A DNA stretch of 64,000 nt from Actinomycetota bacterium. GTDB lineage: Bacteria; Actinomycetota; UBA4738; HRBIN12. The notes beneath the pieces were generated by a model. It searched no databases and was not told the DNA's origin. It saw only the letters and a list, made by a program, of their open reading frames with translations. Made by a program: the position numbers and the translations under genes. The DNA is taken from NCBI GenBank assembly GCA_035288045.1, contig DATEBA010000012.1, forward strand, positions 15,979 to 79,978, given 5' to 3'. Position 1 is the first letter of the stretch; each line of letters opens with the position of its first letter. This document shows, in pieces, positions 39,912 through 49,077 of this stretch.

Positions 39912-40399
39912 CGAGGTGCGCAGTGCGGTGCCCTTGGTGTCATCACGAAGAGGATCGAGTTGTCGATTCCCGGCCTGCGGAGAACGGGTCGGCCATCCGC
40001 CGGAGGCGAGAGTGCGTCTCCTGCGCTCGCCGGTACACAACCTTCGAGCGGATCGAGCAGGTGCTCCTCACGATCGTGAAGCGCGACGACTCCCGCGAGC
40101 CATACGAGCGGGAGAAGGTGCTGGCCGGCGTCCGCAAGGCTCTCAAGAACCGGCCGGTGAGCGAGGAGGACGTGGTGTCGCTCGCCGAGAGGGTTGAGGG
40201 GCGGCTCCGGCGGAAGGGCCCCGAGGTGGCGTCGCAGGACGTGGGGCTGGAGGTGCTGGCTCAGCTAGGGAAGCTGGACCAGGTCGCGTACATGCGGTTC
40301 GCTAGCGTCTACAAGGACTTCCAGGAGATAACCGACTTCGAGCGAGAGCTCGGGCTCCTGCTGCAGAAGCGGGAGCCGGCCAAGCGCCGGAGCCGCTGA
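39908..40399 (+). CDS. nrdR: Transcriptional repressor NrdR (zinc ribbon + ATP-cone)
   Basis: RCPWCHHEEDRVVDSR...RRRRECVSCARRYTTFE zinc ribbon. The GTG at 39923 gives the canonical MRCPWC N-terminus and is probably the true start. Confidence 0.85.
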   Translation: MARCAVRCPWCHHEEDRVVDSRPAENGSAIRRRRECVSCARRYTTFERIEQVLLTIVKRDDSREPYEREKVLAGVRKALKNRPVSEEDVVSLAERVEGRLRRKGPEVASQDVGLEVLAQLGKLDQVAYMRFASVYKDFQEITDFERELGLLLQKREPAKRRSR

Positions 40400-40430
40400 C
40401 CGGCCTCGGTCCACGGGCCGGTGAGATACT

Positions 40431-40468
40431 AGATGTTGTGGTCGACAAAGATTCTCGCCACATCATCT
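40431..40468. promoter_or_regulatory. 11-bp inverted repeat (AGATGTTGTGG-N16-CCACATCATCT): candidate NrdR operator pair upstream of nrdJ
   Basis: The two half-sites lie 27 bp centre to centre, about 95 bp upstream of the nrdJ ATG. Confidence 0.45.
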
Positions 40469-40561
40469 TGACGAACGGCCCCGGTGGAGGCAGAATCACG
40501 GGCGCGTGATTACAGGCCTGTAAGAGCCTTCCCCAAGGGCGCGATACAAGGGGGACCGAGA

Positions 40562-43270
40562 ATGAACCAGGGGGACGTCCAGGTCATCCGCGAGGGTCTG
40601 ACCTTCAAGCGGTACTTCACGAACGAGGGCGTCCATCCCTTCGACGAGGTCGAATGGGAAAGGCGGGACGCGGTCATCCCGAACTACAAGGAGGGCGGGA
40701 ACGCCTTCGAGCAGCCCGACGTGGAGTTCCCGGCCAGCTGGTCGCAGAACGCCACCAACATAGTCGCGCAGAAGTACTTCAGGGGCACCCTCGGAACACC
40801 GGAGCGCGAGTCGAGCGTCCGCCAGCTGATCTCACGGGTGGTCGACACGATCCGCGGATGGGGCGTGAAGGACGCCTACTTCGAGACCGAGCACGACGCG
40901 CAGGTCTTCGGCGACGAGCTCACGCATCTGCTCGTCACCCAGAAGGCGTCGTTCAACTCCCCTGTGTGGTTCAACCTCGGGGTCCCCAACGTGCCGGTGC
41001 AGGCTTCCGCGTGCTTCATCCTGGCCGTCGACGACACGATGAGCTCGATCCTGAACTGGTACGTCGAGGAGGGAACGATCTTCAAGGGCGGCTCCGGGTC
41101 GGGGATCAACCTTTCGGGGCTCCGCTCGAGCAAGGAGCCCCTGGGTGGTGGCGGAACCGCTTCGGGTCCCGTGTCTTTCATGCGCGGCGCCGACGCGAGC
41201 GCCGGGACGATCAAGTCGGGGGGAAAGACCCGCCGCGCCGCGAAGATGGTCGTGCTGAACGCCGATCATCCGGACGTTCGCGACTTCATATGGTGCAAGG
41301 CCGTCGAGGAGCGAAAGGCGAGGGCCCTGCAGGCCGCCGGGTTCGACATGGATCTCGACGGGAAGGACTCACATTCGGTCCAGTACCAGAACGCGAACAA
41401 CTCCGTCCGCGTGACCGACGAGTTCATGCAGGCCTACCTCGAGGACCGCGACTGGAAGTTGAAGGCCGTCACGACGGGCGAGACGATCGAGCCGATCCGC
41501 GCGCGAGACCTCATGCGGGACATCACGCTCGCGGCGTGGGAATGCGCCGATCCGGGGATGCAGTACGACACCACAACAAACGAATGGCACACGTGCCCGG
41601 CGTCGGGTCGCATCAACGCCAGTAACCCCTGTTCGGAGTACGTTCACCTGGACAACTCAGCATGCAACCTGGCCTCGCTCAACCTGCTCAAGTTCCTGGA
41701 CGAGGAGAGCGCCTTCGACGTCGCGAGCTTCAGGCACGCCGTCGAGGTCGTGTTCACGGCCCAGGAGATCATCGTCGGCAACTCGGATTACCCCACTGAC
41801 AAGATCGCGCGGAACGCCAAGGCTTTCCGGCAGCTCGGTCTGGGCTACGCGAACCTGGGTGCGCTTCTCATGGCTCGAGGACTGCCGTACGACTCCGACG
41901 GCGGGCGTGCCTGGGCGGGTGCGATCACGTCGCTCATGACCGGCCAGGCGTACCGCGCGAGCGCGCGCATAGCCGAGGTCACGGGGCCCTTCGCCGGGTT
42001 CCCGCCGAACCGCGACGCGATGCTTCGCGTCATGCGCAAGCACCGAGCGGCGGCCGACGACATCGACCCCGACCACGTGCCCGAAGGCCTCCTCTCCGCG
42101 GCGAGGAGCGCCTGGGACGAGGCGATCTCGCTCGGCGAGCTGCACGGCTACCGCAACGCGCAGGTGAGCGTGCTCGCTCCCACCGGCACGATCGGCCTGA
42201 TGATGGACTGCGACACCACCGGCATCGAGCCGGACCTGGCCCTGGTCAAGAACAAGAAGCTCGTCGGCGGCGGCACGATGCGAATCGTGAACCAGACGGT
42301 GGCGCGCGCACTCCGGCGCCTCGGGTACTCCGAAGAGCAGGCAGATGACATCGTCGCCTACATCGCGGAGCACAACTCGGTCGTGGGGGCGCCCCACCTG
42401 CGCGAGGAGCACTATCCCGTGTTCGACACCTCGATGGGCGAGCGGGCCATCCACTACATGGGACACGTCCGAATGATGGCGGCCGTCCAGCCGAGCATCA
42501 GCGGGGCAATCAGCAAGACCGTGAACATGCCCGAGCAGGCGACGGTCGAGGAGGTGGAGCAGCTGTTCGTGGAGTCGTGGCGGCTGGGACTGAAGGCCGT
42601 CGCCATCTACCGCGACAACTGCAAGGTCGCTCAACCGCTCTCCGCCGACAAGAAGGCCAGGGCCGAGGAGCCGGCTCCGGTCGCCCAACCGGTTCGCAGG
42701 CGCCTGCCTCAGTCCCGGCCTTCGCGGACGATCTCGTTCGCGGTCGGGGAGGCTGAGGGTTACATCACGGCGGGCGAGTACCCCGACGACGGGATCGGGG
42801 AGATCTTCCTCAAGGTCTCCAAGCAGGGGTCCACGCTTTCCGGCGTGATGGACGCGTTCGCGATCGCGGTGTCCCTCGGGCTCCAGTACGGGGTGCCCCT
42901 GGAGGCGTTCGCGTCGAAGTTCATCAACATGAAGTTCGAGCCGTCGGGGATCACGAACGACCCCGATGTACGACTAGCGAGCTCGCTGGTGGACTACGTG
43001 TTCCGGCGGCTGGCGATTGACTACCTGGCGCCGGAGAAGAGGGAGTCGCTCGGGGTCCGAAGCATCGAGGAGCGCAAGGCGCTGATCGCGAACGGCAACG
43101 GTGGGGAGGTCGCTGCAGCGGTCGCAGAACCGGAGACGGCCGAAGCGCCCGAGAAGCAGAGCGCGCAGGCAGCCGATGCCCCGCTCTGCTACTCGTGTGG
43201 CTCCAAGATGCAGCCGGCGGGCTCGTGCTACGTCTGCCCGTCCTGCGGCTCGACGAGCGGCTGTTCGTGA
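40562..43270 (+). CDS. nrdJ: Adenosylcobalamin-dependent (class II) ribonucleoside-diphosphate reductase
   Basis: Class II RNR motifs (active-site NPCSEY, C-terminal CxxC...CxxC zinc ribbon) and about 900 aa. The ATG at 40562 follows an AAGGGGGA RBS; the upstream 40484 extension is rejected. Confidence 0.9.
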   Translation: MNQGDVQVIREGLTFKRYFTNEGVHPFDEVEWERRDAVIPNYKEGGNAFEQPDVEFPASWSQNATNIVAQKYFRGTLGTPERESSVRQLISRVVDTIRGWGVKDAYFETEHDAQVFGDELTHLLVTQKASFNSPVWFNLGVPNVPVQASACFILAVDDTMSSILNWYVEEGTIFKGGSGSGINLSGLRSSKEPLGGGGTASGPVSFMRGADASAGTIKSGGKTRRAAKMVVLNADHPDVRDFIWCKAVEERKARALQAAGFDMDLDGKDSHSVQYQNANNSVRVTDEFMQAYLEDRDWKLKAVTTGETIEPIRARDLMRDITLAAWECADPGMQYDTTTNEWHTCPASGRINASNPCSEYVHLDNSACNLASLNLLKFLDEESAFDVASFRHAVEVVFTAQEIIVGNSDYPTDKIARNAKAFRQLGLGYANLGALLMARGLPYDSDGGRAWAGAITSLMTGQAYRASARIAEVTGPFAGFPPNRDAMLRVMRKHRAAADDIDPDHVPEGLLSAARSAWDEAISLGELHGYRNAQVSVLAPTGTIGLMMDCDTTGIEPDLALVKNKKLVGGGTMRIVNQTVARALRRLGYSEEQADDIVAYIAEHNSVVGAPHLREEHYPVFDTSMGERAIHYMGHVRMMAAVQPSISGAISKTVNMPEQATVEEVEQLFVESWRLGLKAVAIYRDNCKVAQPLSADKKARAEEPAPVAQPVRRRLPQSRPSRTISFAVGEAEGYITAGEYPDDGIGEIFLKVSKQGSTLSGVMDAFAIAVSLGLQYGVPLEAFASKFINMKFEPSGITNDPDVRLASSLVDYVFRRLAIDYLAPEKRESLGVRSIEERKALIANGNGGEVAAAVAEPETAEAPEKQSAQAADAPLCYSCGSKMQPAGSCYVCPSCGSTSGCS

Positions 43271-43280
43271 TCCCTGATCT

Positions 43281-43309
43281 AGGAGGGCGGGGCTCGAACC
43301 CGCCCTCCT
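43281..43309 (+). terminator. Intrinsic-terminator-like hairpin after nrdJ
   Basis: Perfect 11-bp stem AGGAGGGCGGG / CCCGCCCTCCT with a 7-nt loop, 10 bp after the stop. No T-tract, which is common at high GC. Confidence 0.6.
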
Positions 43310-43322
43310 CGGAAGGCCCGCC

Positions 43323-43664
43323 GTGGCGCTTGACTACTGGCTGATCGAGCGCGAGAGCGCGACGGTGGGCATCCCCGTGGGAGGAGAGGAGCGGGCGACG
43401 CGGTTCTACGGGGAGGTTCTCGGGATGGAGCCGCTCCCAGGAGAGGGATTCCGCTCACAGGGGCTACAGCTGCGACTCGATATCGAGGTACCGTTCCGCC
43501 CCGTGGAGCAGCTCGCCGCGATGGTGGTATCCGACTTAGAGGCGTTGCTGGCTCGGCTCGCCGAGCACGGCGTCAGGGCCGATGGGGAGCAGCTCGAGTT
43601 CTTCCAGCGCGTGGTGGTTCACGACCCGTTCGGCAACGGGCTCGAGCTGATCGCTGAGCGGTGA
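43323..43664 (+). CDS. VOC/glyoxalase-bleomycin-resistance family protein
   Basis: Size (113 aa) and beta-alpha-beta-beta-beta signature with C-terminal [10 protein letters not shown]. Confidence 0.55.
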   Translation: MALDYWLIERESATVGIPVGGEERATRFYGEVLGMEPLPGEGFRSQGLQLRLDIEVPFRPVEQLAAMVVSDLEALLARLAEHGVRADGEQLEFFQRVVVHDPFGNGLELIAER

Positions 43665-44095
43665 CCGAGCTCCCGTTCCGGCGGATCGATCCCGGTGTCC
43701 CGCTTCCGTCGCGGGCGCATCCTGGGGACGCCGGGCTCGACCTGCACTCGGCCGTCGACCTCGAGCTCGGTCCTGGGGACCGCACGCTTGTGCCGACGGG
43801 ACTCGCGGTCGCGATCCCGGAGGGGTTCGCGGGGCTCGTGCTTCCCCGCTCGGGGCTGGCCTCGAGACAGGGGATCACGATGGCCAACTCGCCGGGTCTG
43901 ATCGATGCCGGCTACCGGGGCGAGGTGATCTGTGCGGTCGTTAACCTGGATCGCGAGCAACCCGTGCGGATCCGGCGCGGGGACCGCATCGCGCAGCTCG
44001 TGATCGTGCCGGCGCCGACGCTCGAGCCGGTGACCGTAGATGAGCTGCCCGCCTCGTCCCGTGGGGAGGATGGGTTCGGCTCGACGGGTCCCTAG
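43661..44095 (+). CDS. dut: dUTP diphosphatase
   Basis: The five dUTPase motifs are present, including AGxDL, RSG and GxIDxGYRG. Confidence 0.9.
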   Translation: MTELPFRRIDPGVPLPSRAHPGDAGLDLHSAVDLELGPGDRTLVPTGLAVAIPEGFAGLVLPRSGLASRQGITMANSPGLIDAGYRGEVICAVVNLDREQPVRIRRGDRIAQLVIVPAPTLEPVTVDELPASSRGEDGFGSTGP

Positions 44096-44155
44096 CCTCG
44101 GTTGAAGGAGCTTCGGGGACAACCTAGACTCGATGAGGCGCCTTCCGGCGCGCAG

Positions 44156-44228
44156 GCGGACGTGGCTCAGCTGGTAGAGCACCACCTTGCCAAGGTGGGG
44201 GTCGCGGGTTCGAATCCCGTCGTCCGCT
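44156..44228 (+). tRNA. tRNA-Gly (anticodon GCC)
   Basis: Cloverleaf traced by hand: acceptor GCGGACG/CGTCCGC and anticodon loop TTGCCAA. CCA is not encoded. Confidence 0.85.
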
Positions 44229-44276
44229 CGGATCCGGCCCGTGGAAGGGATGCAAACCCGGGCCGCGTGTTCGCTC

Positions 44277-44347
44277 GGCGGGGTGGCCGAGTGGTTAGGC
44301 AGGGGTCTGCAAAACCCCGTACACCGGTTCAATTCCGGTCCCCGCCT
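44277..44347 (+). tRNA. tRNA-Cys (anticodon GCA)
   Basis: Acceptor GGCGGGG/CCCCGCC and anticodon loop CTGCAAA. Confidence 0.8.
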
Positions 44348-44369
44348 CTCGTGTAGCATTGCCCCACCC

Positions 44370-44441
44370 GGGCGGTTAGCTCAGGGGGAGAGCGCTTCCT
44401 TGACGCGGAAGAGGCCAGAGGTTCAAATCCTCTACCGCCCA
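44370..44441 (+). tRNA. tRNA-Val (anticodon GAC)
   Basis: Acceptor GGGCGGT/ACCGCCC and anticodon stem-loop CTTCC-TTGACGC-GGAAG. The Gly-Cys-Val order is typical of actinobacteria. Confidence 0.85.
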
Positions 44442-46194
44442 CGATCTGAAACCCCTGGTAGAGGCTAGGTTGCCGAGGTCATCAAGAGACGTCCTCCTGG
44501 ATCAAGAGGACGCACTAGCGGAGGCGGGGTTCAGGTACGTGGGTCTCCAGCCAGTTCTTGGCGTAAGGGTGGTCTCTCTTGTGAAGCCTCTCCGCGTGGA
44601 AGAAGATCCGGATGCCTTCTGGTCACGACGTCCTCAAGCTTGCGACTACTGCGCCCCTGCGGTACGTGAAGGCGTAGAGCAGCGGCACATGCAACTCAAT
44701 CGAGCAGGATGCCCTCGGCAATCCAAGGGTAGGATCCTCGGCATGCGGATCCGAAGAGCGCTAGCTGTGAGCTCCACAGCATCGATCCTCTTGTTGATGC
44801 TTGCTCCTGTTTCCAGCGTGAGTGGAACGGTTGCTCAGTGTTTCGGGGAACCGGCGACAATCGTCGGCACCCCTGAAGCTGACCGCATCCGAGGGACCGA
44901 TCACGCAGACGTGATCGTCGGTCTTGGGGGTCGGGACGTGATCGTCGGGCGGAAGGGGCTTGACCTCATCTGTGGGAACGATGGACCGGACCGATTGGAT
45001 GCCGGGCGGGCCGGCGACAAGCTCTCGGGAGGCCTCGGCAGCGACGACATCTACGACGGGCGAGGCGACGACATTTCACTCGCGGGCCCAGGGCGGGATC
45101 AGCTGACGAGCATCGTGCAGGCGAGCCCCTGCGACGTGTTTTGCCGCACCTACGACCGATGGAACGACCGGGTGGCCGGTGGCCCGGGGACGGACCGCCT
45201 CTTCATAGATGGGGGCTACGCCAACCTCTCGACGGGTGTCTATGTCACAGATGCCTCCAACGATCGCATCGCGGGCATTGAAGACGTCAGTGGTGGGTTT
45301 CTGAACGAGACGATCATCGGAAACGCTCGTGACAACATGCTGGACGCATACCTTGGCGAGGAAGACATCGTTCGGGGACGAGCGGGTGATGACATCATCG
45401 GCATCTCGGGCAGCGATTTCGAGCAGTCCGAGAACGGCCGCATGTACGGTGGCCCGGGAGACGACTGGCTCGACTTTGAGCATGACGCTCAGGTTGATCT
45501 ACGTGAAGGAACCGCGAGTTCCTCCGGGGGAGAACTTGTGCTTGCGGGTTTTGAGAACGTGCGAGCCAGCGCCAACTCCCTCCTCGCTGGCGACTCGGGA
45601 CCGAACACGCTCATTGGCGAGTTCGGTGTGGACACGCTGATCGGGCGAGCTGGGCGAGATGTCTTGATCAGTCACCTCCGGGATGACTCTCTTGATGGTG
45701 GAAGAGGAACCGATCGCCTTAATGGAGGCAAAGGGACGGATTCGTGTCACCACGGCGAAGTGGTCTCAAATTGTGAGTGAGAGGCCAGGAGGCAGGCCGG
45801 GCTAGCAGCTCTGGAGGCAGCTCGACACCCTGAAGGACGAGATGGAGGAGGGCGACCAGTTCGGGTCGTCCCTCGCCTAGCGCCTCGGGAGCAGGAGGGG
45901 CCGCCAGGCTCCGTTCGCGCCTGGACTTCGTCGCGAGGTCACGGGATCCGGGGAGGGTGCACCGAGCTGGTTTCGCCGTCCGAGCGCTGGGCGCTTTCCG
46001 GCCCCGATTCTTCCCTCCGGTAAGGGGCGGGCAGACGGCCGGTGCCGTACGCCTCGGACACCTGGGAACAGACAGAGCGGTCAACTCCTGGTCAAGGAGC
46101 CGACCGAATCTGACGGTACTCGACGTCACTGGTGTGACGATCGAGACGGGCGTTGAGCAGCAGCGGTGCTGGTCAAGGCATTGCCCTTGACTCT
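44442..46194 (+). mobile_element. Putative degraded integrated islet C at tRNA-Val(GAC), bounded by the first tRNA 3'-half repeat
   Basis: It lies between the intact tRNA 3' end and direct repeat 46195..46237, has a lower-GC leader (44442..44742) and carries a single secreted RTX-like cargo gene. No integrase is present. Confidence 0.45.
44743..45780 (+). CDS. Secreted RTX-like calcium-binding repeat protein; paralog family member 2
   Basis: ATG 44743 with RBS. Signal peptide, CFGEPATIVGT block, G-x-D-x-[IL]-x-G repeats and a C-terminal Cys pair. Colinear with 13025..14098. Confidence 0.7.
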   Translation: MRIRRALAVSSTASILLLMLAPVSSVSGTVAQCFGEPATIVGTPEADRIRGTDHADVIVGLGGRDVIVGRKGLDLICGNDGPDRLDAGRAGDKLSGGLGSDDIYDGRGDDISLAGPGRDQLTSIVQASPCDVFCRTYDRWNDRVAGGPGTDRLFIDGGYANLSTGVYVTDASNDRIAGIEDVSGGFLNETIIGNARDNMLDAYLGEEDIVRGRAGDDIIGISGSDFEQSENGRMYGGPGDDWLDFEHDAQVDLREGTASSSGGELVLAGFENVRASANSLLAGDSGPNTLIGEFGVDTLIGRAGRDVLISHLRDDSLDGGRGTDRLNGGKGTDSCHHGEVVSNCE

Positions 46195-46237
46195 TTGACG
46201 CGGAAGAGGCCAGAGGTTCAAATCCTTTACCGCCCAC
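46087..46237 (+). repeat. att-like repeat 1 of tRNA-Val(GAC): ~105-bp element arm plus 43-bp copy of the tRNA 3' half (46195..46237)
   Basis: TTGACGCGGAAGAGGCCAGAGGTTCAAATCCTTTACCGCCCAC matches the tRNA from the anticodon loop to the 3' end with 1 mismatch. The preceding arm is about 75% identical to the 47821..47930 arm. Confidence 0.8.
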
Positions 46238-47930
46238 CAAGGCCGACGGCGCAATCCCGGATCGCTCAGGACGCCAGATACCGGGCCAGGGCGAACCTCC
46301 GGCCACTACCCTCTTCGCGCGATCCTGCCGCGACGATCCTGCCGTCGGCCTGGATGGCGAGAGCGAAAGCCGTGGCGAACCCACCTCCGAACCTGGTGGT
46401 TACCTTCCCGTCCGACCCAAACGTGTCATCGAGGATCCCGTCAGTCGCGTACCGAGCTAGGGCGAACCGGCCCTCCGTATCGTTCGAAACTTCACCCGAC
46501 GCCACGATCCTGCCGTCGGTCTGGATGGACACCGCGTGAAGGCCGGCATCGCCTGTGGCAAAACGGGTCAGGACTTCGCCGTCCCCTCCAAATGTCTCGT
46601 CGAGGCTGCCATTCCTCCTGTGGCGGAAGAGGGCGAAACCCGCTCCTCCACTCGACCCCCCCACAACGACCTTGCCGTTGGGCTGGATTGCGAGTGCGGA
46701 AGCGCCGCCGTCGGGGTTCAGGACCTTCCCGTCACCCCCGAAGGTGGCATCCAGCGTCCCATCGACGTTGTACCGAGCAAGGGCAAGAGCCGAGCCCGGA
46801 AAGGTGAAGAGGCCCCCCGCCACGACGATCCTGCCGTCAGACTGGACAGCCAAGGCGTCCGCTAGGGCCTCCCCGCGAAATCTCGTCCTCACCTTCCCGT
46901 CGCCCCCGAACGTAGCGTCCCGCGTGCCATCGGTGTTGTACCGGGCGAGGGCGAATCCGGCTCCCTCGAGGGCGAAGGAGACTCCGGCGGCCACGATCCT
47001 GCCGTCGGATTGGATGGATACCGCCGAGGCGGAGGCACCGCCGGCGGCGAGTCTGGTCCGAACTCGTCCGTCACCGCCGAACGTGGCGTCGAGGGTACCG
47101 TTGGTCTTGTACCGGGCGAGGGCGAAGCCGCCCGAGAATTCACCCGCTGCAACGATCTTGCCGTCGGTCTGGATGGCGACTGCGGAAGCGGTGCCGCCGG
47201 GGGTCAGGACCTTCCCGTCGCCCCCGAAGGTGGCATCCAGCGTGCCGTCGGTGTTGTACCGGGCCAGAGCGAATGCCTCGCCTACACGCGATCCCTCGGC
47301 TCGACCCGCCGCAACGATCTTGCCGTCGGCTTGGATGGCGACCCCTGAGGCTAGTGCGGAGACTGTCCGCCGAGGCCAGGTCAAGACCTTCCCATTGCCT
47401 CCGAAGCTCGTATCGAGGTCGCCCGCCGCTGCTGCCGCCGAGGGAGCATTGATCGACAACATGAAGATGAGCGTCGCACTTGCCGCGAGGATCCGAGCCT
47501 GCATCGTGTCAATCTCTCTCTCGAAGTTGCGTCATTAGACCTTCGCCTTCGACACCGGGTCAAGGGTCGGTCCGAGCTGGAGCTCGCGGGAAACTTTGCG
47601 GGAGTGGGAGTAGGAGCCCGCTTCGCCTCTCGCGAACTGGTGGCCGAGTGAATCCGGTGGCTACCGTGGCGAGCTCCACATCAGCCAAGCGATCTACCGT
47701 CGTCCGGTGCCACGGCTGCCTCTGCGAGCCGCTGTCTTCTTCGGCCGCCCCTGCGGTTGATCATTGCGGACCGGCCTGGCCTTGAGGGTGGCCAGTTTCC
47801 TGCTCTTGATTCTGGTCAACCTCTGGTCAAGGAGCCGACGGAATCAGACGGTACTCATCAGTACTCGTGTGGCGAGCGAGAATGCCCGCGAGCAGCAGAA
47901 GTCCTGGTCATGACGCTGTGCGGCACCTCC
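46238..47930 (+). mobile_element. Putative degraded integrated islet D (second tandem unit at tRNA-Val(GAC))
   Basis: Bounded by repeats 1 and 2; single cargo gene (delta-60 repeat protein). Confidence 0.45.
46266..47504 (-). CDS. Secreted delta-60-repeat protein (GxLDxxFGGDGKV...QxDGKIV repeats)
   Basis: Signal peptide followed by about eight ~50-aa repeats with the consensus G-T-L-D-A-T-F-G-G-D-G-K-V ... A-x-Q-x-D-G-K/R-I-V-A-A-G ... ALARY. Confidence 0.7.
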   Translation of the reverse strand: MQARILAASATLIFMLSINAPSAAAAAGDLDTSFGGNGKVLTWPRRTVSALASGVAIQADGKIVAAGRAEGSRVGEAFALARYNTDGTLDATFGGDGKVLTPGGTASAVAIQTDGKIVAAGEFSGGFALARYKTNGTLDATFGGDGRVRTRLAAGGASASAVSIQSDGRIVAAGVSFALEGAGFALARYNTDGTRDATFGGDGKVRTRFRGEALADALAVQSDGRIVVAGGLFTFPGSALALARYNVDGTLDATFGGDGKVLNPDGGASALAIQPNGKVVVGGSSGGAGFALFRHRRNGSLDETFGGDGEVLTRFATGDAGLHAVSIQTDGRIVASGEVSNDTEGRFALARYATDGILDDTFGSDGKVTTRFGGGFATAFALAIQADGRIVAAGSREEGSGRRFALARYLAS

Positions 47931-47973
47931 TTGACGCGGAAGAGGTCGAAGGTTCAAATCCTTCACCGCCCAC
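47821..47973 (+). repeat. att-like repeat 2 of tRNA-Val(GAC): arm plus diverged copy of the tRNA 3' half (47931..47973)
   Basis: TTGACGCGGAAGAGGTCGAAGGTTCAAATCCTTCACCGCCCAC has 5 mismatches to the tRNA. The arm TCTGGTCAAGGAGCCGACGGAATCAGACGGTACTC... parallels 46087... Confidence 0.7.
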
Positions 47974-48460
47974 CAGCGAAGTCCCGCCGGTGTGAGTTGA
48001 CGACTCATCGACGCCGTCACCGGATGGACGCTCTTCGAGCAGCGGGAGACTGACTCCGTAGAACCAAGTGTCGCACTTCCTCCTGTCAGTGAGGGAGACA
48101 GTTGCCCAACATGGCGGGCCGATTTCGGACCGCGAATTTGATCCCCGCAGCCCTCGCTCCGGCCCTTCGGCCTCAAACTCACCCACGGCACCGCCCGCTC
48201 ACCCCCACCCGTAGGGAGTCGGTCGGAGTCCTCGCCCCGAGCGCCGTCCTGGGGTTACCTCCCAAGAGAAGTGTTTGCCCAGGTAGATGGCGTCTGGGGC
48301 AACCCCGACCAATGCTCCCCAGACCCTGCCGCCGGACCTAACCCCCCGGAGAGGAAATCCGTCATTAGGCGGATGCATCGTTAGTCCGTTTGCACTAGGA
48401 TTCAGGCACCACCCGGCGTAGCCGGGGTGGAGGAGCGTGACCTGCCTGAGGAGGGGGTCG

Positions 48461-48985
48461 ATGAGGAGAGCCACGGTGTCGCTGGCGGCCATAGTCGTGG
48501 TGGCGATGTTCGCGACGCCCGCGTTCGCCAACGCGGGGGAGCAGTGCCCGGACGGTACGGACAAGTTCGAGGTGAACGGCGACGCAACCGGTGGGTCGTG
48601 GGAGTGGGGCGGCGACGGCATCTCCGTCGACGTGAGCGGCGCCTCTGCGACGATCACCTTGGACGCCGGTGTCGTCATCGACAGCGTCTGCTGGAAGTCC
48701 GGGATCAACGAGGGCCCGCTGGGGTACGCGACGGGTCCATGGGTCGGTCCCACGACGTTCACGATCCAGACGAACAGCGGTCAGTATCTTTCGAACATCC
48801 ACTTCTACCGCGGCGAGTACCCGCCCGATGGGTACGGCCCCAACGCTGCCACCAGCACGAGCGCGCCGAAGGATCAGAGCGCGGTTCGGCTGACGTGGGG
48901 GATCGTCCTGGCGGTTGTGGCTACGTGGGCGCTCACGCGGACTCTGGTTCGCCGGAGACTCGAGACGCGCAAGGTCGAGGAGTGA
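48461..48985 (+). CDS. Surface protein with signal peptide and C-terminal sorting-signal-like tail (R-L-T-W-G + TM + RRRL)
   Basis: ATG 48461 with GAGGAGGGGG RBS. Signal peptide ...ATPAFANAG, a Ser/Thr/Pro-rich linker, SAVRLTWG, a ~17-residue hydrophobic segment and a basic RRRLETRK tail. Confidence 0.6.
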   Translation: MRRATVSLAAIVVVAMFATPAFANAGEQCPDGTDKFEVNGDATGGSWEWGGDGISVDVSGASATITLDAGVVIDSVCWKSGINEGPLGYATGPWVGPTTFTIQTNSGQYLSNIHFYRGEYPPDGYGPNAATSTSAPKDQSAVRLTWGIVLAVVATWALTRTLVRRRLETRKVEE

Positions 48986-49077
48986 TCGGATAGCTATTCG
49001 TTCTTGAGCTGCGCATCCCCCCCCGAGTTCCTGACTGGCTCCGGGTGGGGAGCCGGCTCCTGGGAGAGGGGGGATCG

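Noticed and set aside
46193-46238. Partial tRNA-Val copies (46195..46237, 47931..47973, 54712..54757, 58862..58907) as tRNA genes or pseudo-tRNAs
   Set aside because: They contain only the anticodon-loop-to-3'-end half with no 5' acceptor or D-arm. They are better explained as att-site direct repeats.
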